Source: Haliotis rubra (lineage: Eukaryota). From it: 64,000 nt of DNA. Positions within the stretch are counted from its first letter, which is position 1, and every line of letters begins with the position of its first letter. The position numbers and the translations under genes were made by a program. The notes under the pieces were generated by a model. The model saw only the letters and a program-made list of their open reading frames with translations, was not told the DNA's origin and did not search any database. Below, piece after piece: positions 62,990 to 64,000 of the stretch. The stretch lies in the NCBI RefSeq assembly GCF_003918875.1, contig NW_025764892.1, positions 2,666,001 through 2,730,000 of the forward strand. Direction: 5' to 3'.

Positions 62990-63327
62990 CTGGTCGAAAG
63001 AGGACCTTAATGATAGGGAAAGTTGCGAGTGGTTGTCAAAGCAAACTAGTTTGCTGTCGAGTCTAGACGGTGTGGATTGTTGCTGATTCCGTAAAATAAT
63101 GGTTTGCCTGCTCCCAACTGGATTCTTGACAAGCCGTTCCTTGTGACTCAACTAAAGTGCCGCCAACGATCGTAAAACAATGTTTTATACGCCCTAAATT
63201 CCAGATCTGACCAGATCAACACATCTGTCTGAAACTGGCTTCATAGCAGTATGAGCCATGGTGACATGCGACATCGGTATGTTTTTACACCATTTCACAA
63301 CTCCTCATACAAAATACATAATAAAAC

Positions 63328-63458
63328 ACCCAATTGCGCAGATCGATGCTCATGCTGTTGATCACTGGATTGTCTGATCCAGACTCGATTATTTACAGAC
63401 CGCCGTCAAATAGTAGGAATATTACTGAGGCGGCGTAAAACTAAACTCACTCACTCAC
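63328..63458 (+). mobile_element. Family B 3' half
   Basis: CCCAATTGCGCAGATCGATGCTCATG to tail and (ACTC)n. Confidence 0.8.
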
Positions 63459-64000
63459 ATAATGAAACAAACTGTATGCACAAGACGCAAATGTATGGAA
63501 AGCACAACTGGTTTACAGGTCTATGGTGCTCCGAGTTTCTGCACAGCACCGTTTTCTGTAGCTGTCAATATATCTGGTCATGAGTTCGAATCCCAGTTCC
63601 GTTTACGATCCTTCGTCTAGCAGTACCATGTGTACTTAAAAGCTATGTCATAACGGCTTAGCACTGAAGTCCGTCATGTAATGAAAATACTTGTAGAAGC
63701 GGCCTTACATGCAATCATCCAATGGCACCTGTGTCACACCATGTAGAAACAGGCGGGTACGTTATCGTTGCACCTTATAAATACACCCATTACCATTTGC
63801 TTGCTTCAAAACGCGCATGGATCAACGCTTCACGTGAAACCCAATTTCAAAATATGAAATATAATTATATTCACAAAAATTTAAAATAAAACCTAATGTG
63901 CACATTGTGTAAATGGTAAGATGTCAGTGGCCTTTAAATCTGCTAATTCATAAAGAAAAAAACACCACCACAAAAAGGTTCTATTTTGTATGCTTTAAAA

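Overview
Eukaryotic (animal) genomic DNA, AT-rich, gene-poor and dominated by transposable elements. The two most abundant short retroposons look like repeats I recall from abalone (Haliotis), so a gastropod origin is inferred, not proven. Only one host coding exon is supportable: a minus-strand first coding exon (9263-8940) whose peptide carries a Dapper/DACT-like N-terminal motif, with a candidate promoter near 10.4 kb and a first intron running off the left edge. The other ~54 kb is TE-filled upstream/intergenic sequence with one assembly gap. It holds >20 copies of a tRNA-Asp-derived SINE (family A) and ~11 copies of a ~240-bp retroposon without a tRNA head (family B). It also holds a decayed AcademX transposon, a decayed Tc1 (DD34E), a Kolobok-like element with a THAP remnant, MITEs of AcademH, hAT, P, Harbinger and pogo type, a U2 snRNA 5' fragment and a Penelope-like hammerhead remnant. 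The best leads are three. (1) A nested-pseudoknot RNA fold forms the exact 5' end of family B and is a candidate ribozyme or cis-element. (2) The DACT-like exon sits in an apparently non-chordate genome. (3) One SINE has captured the 3' flank of another SINE 8.3 kb away inside its own TSDs. All calls are by eye; no searches were run.
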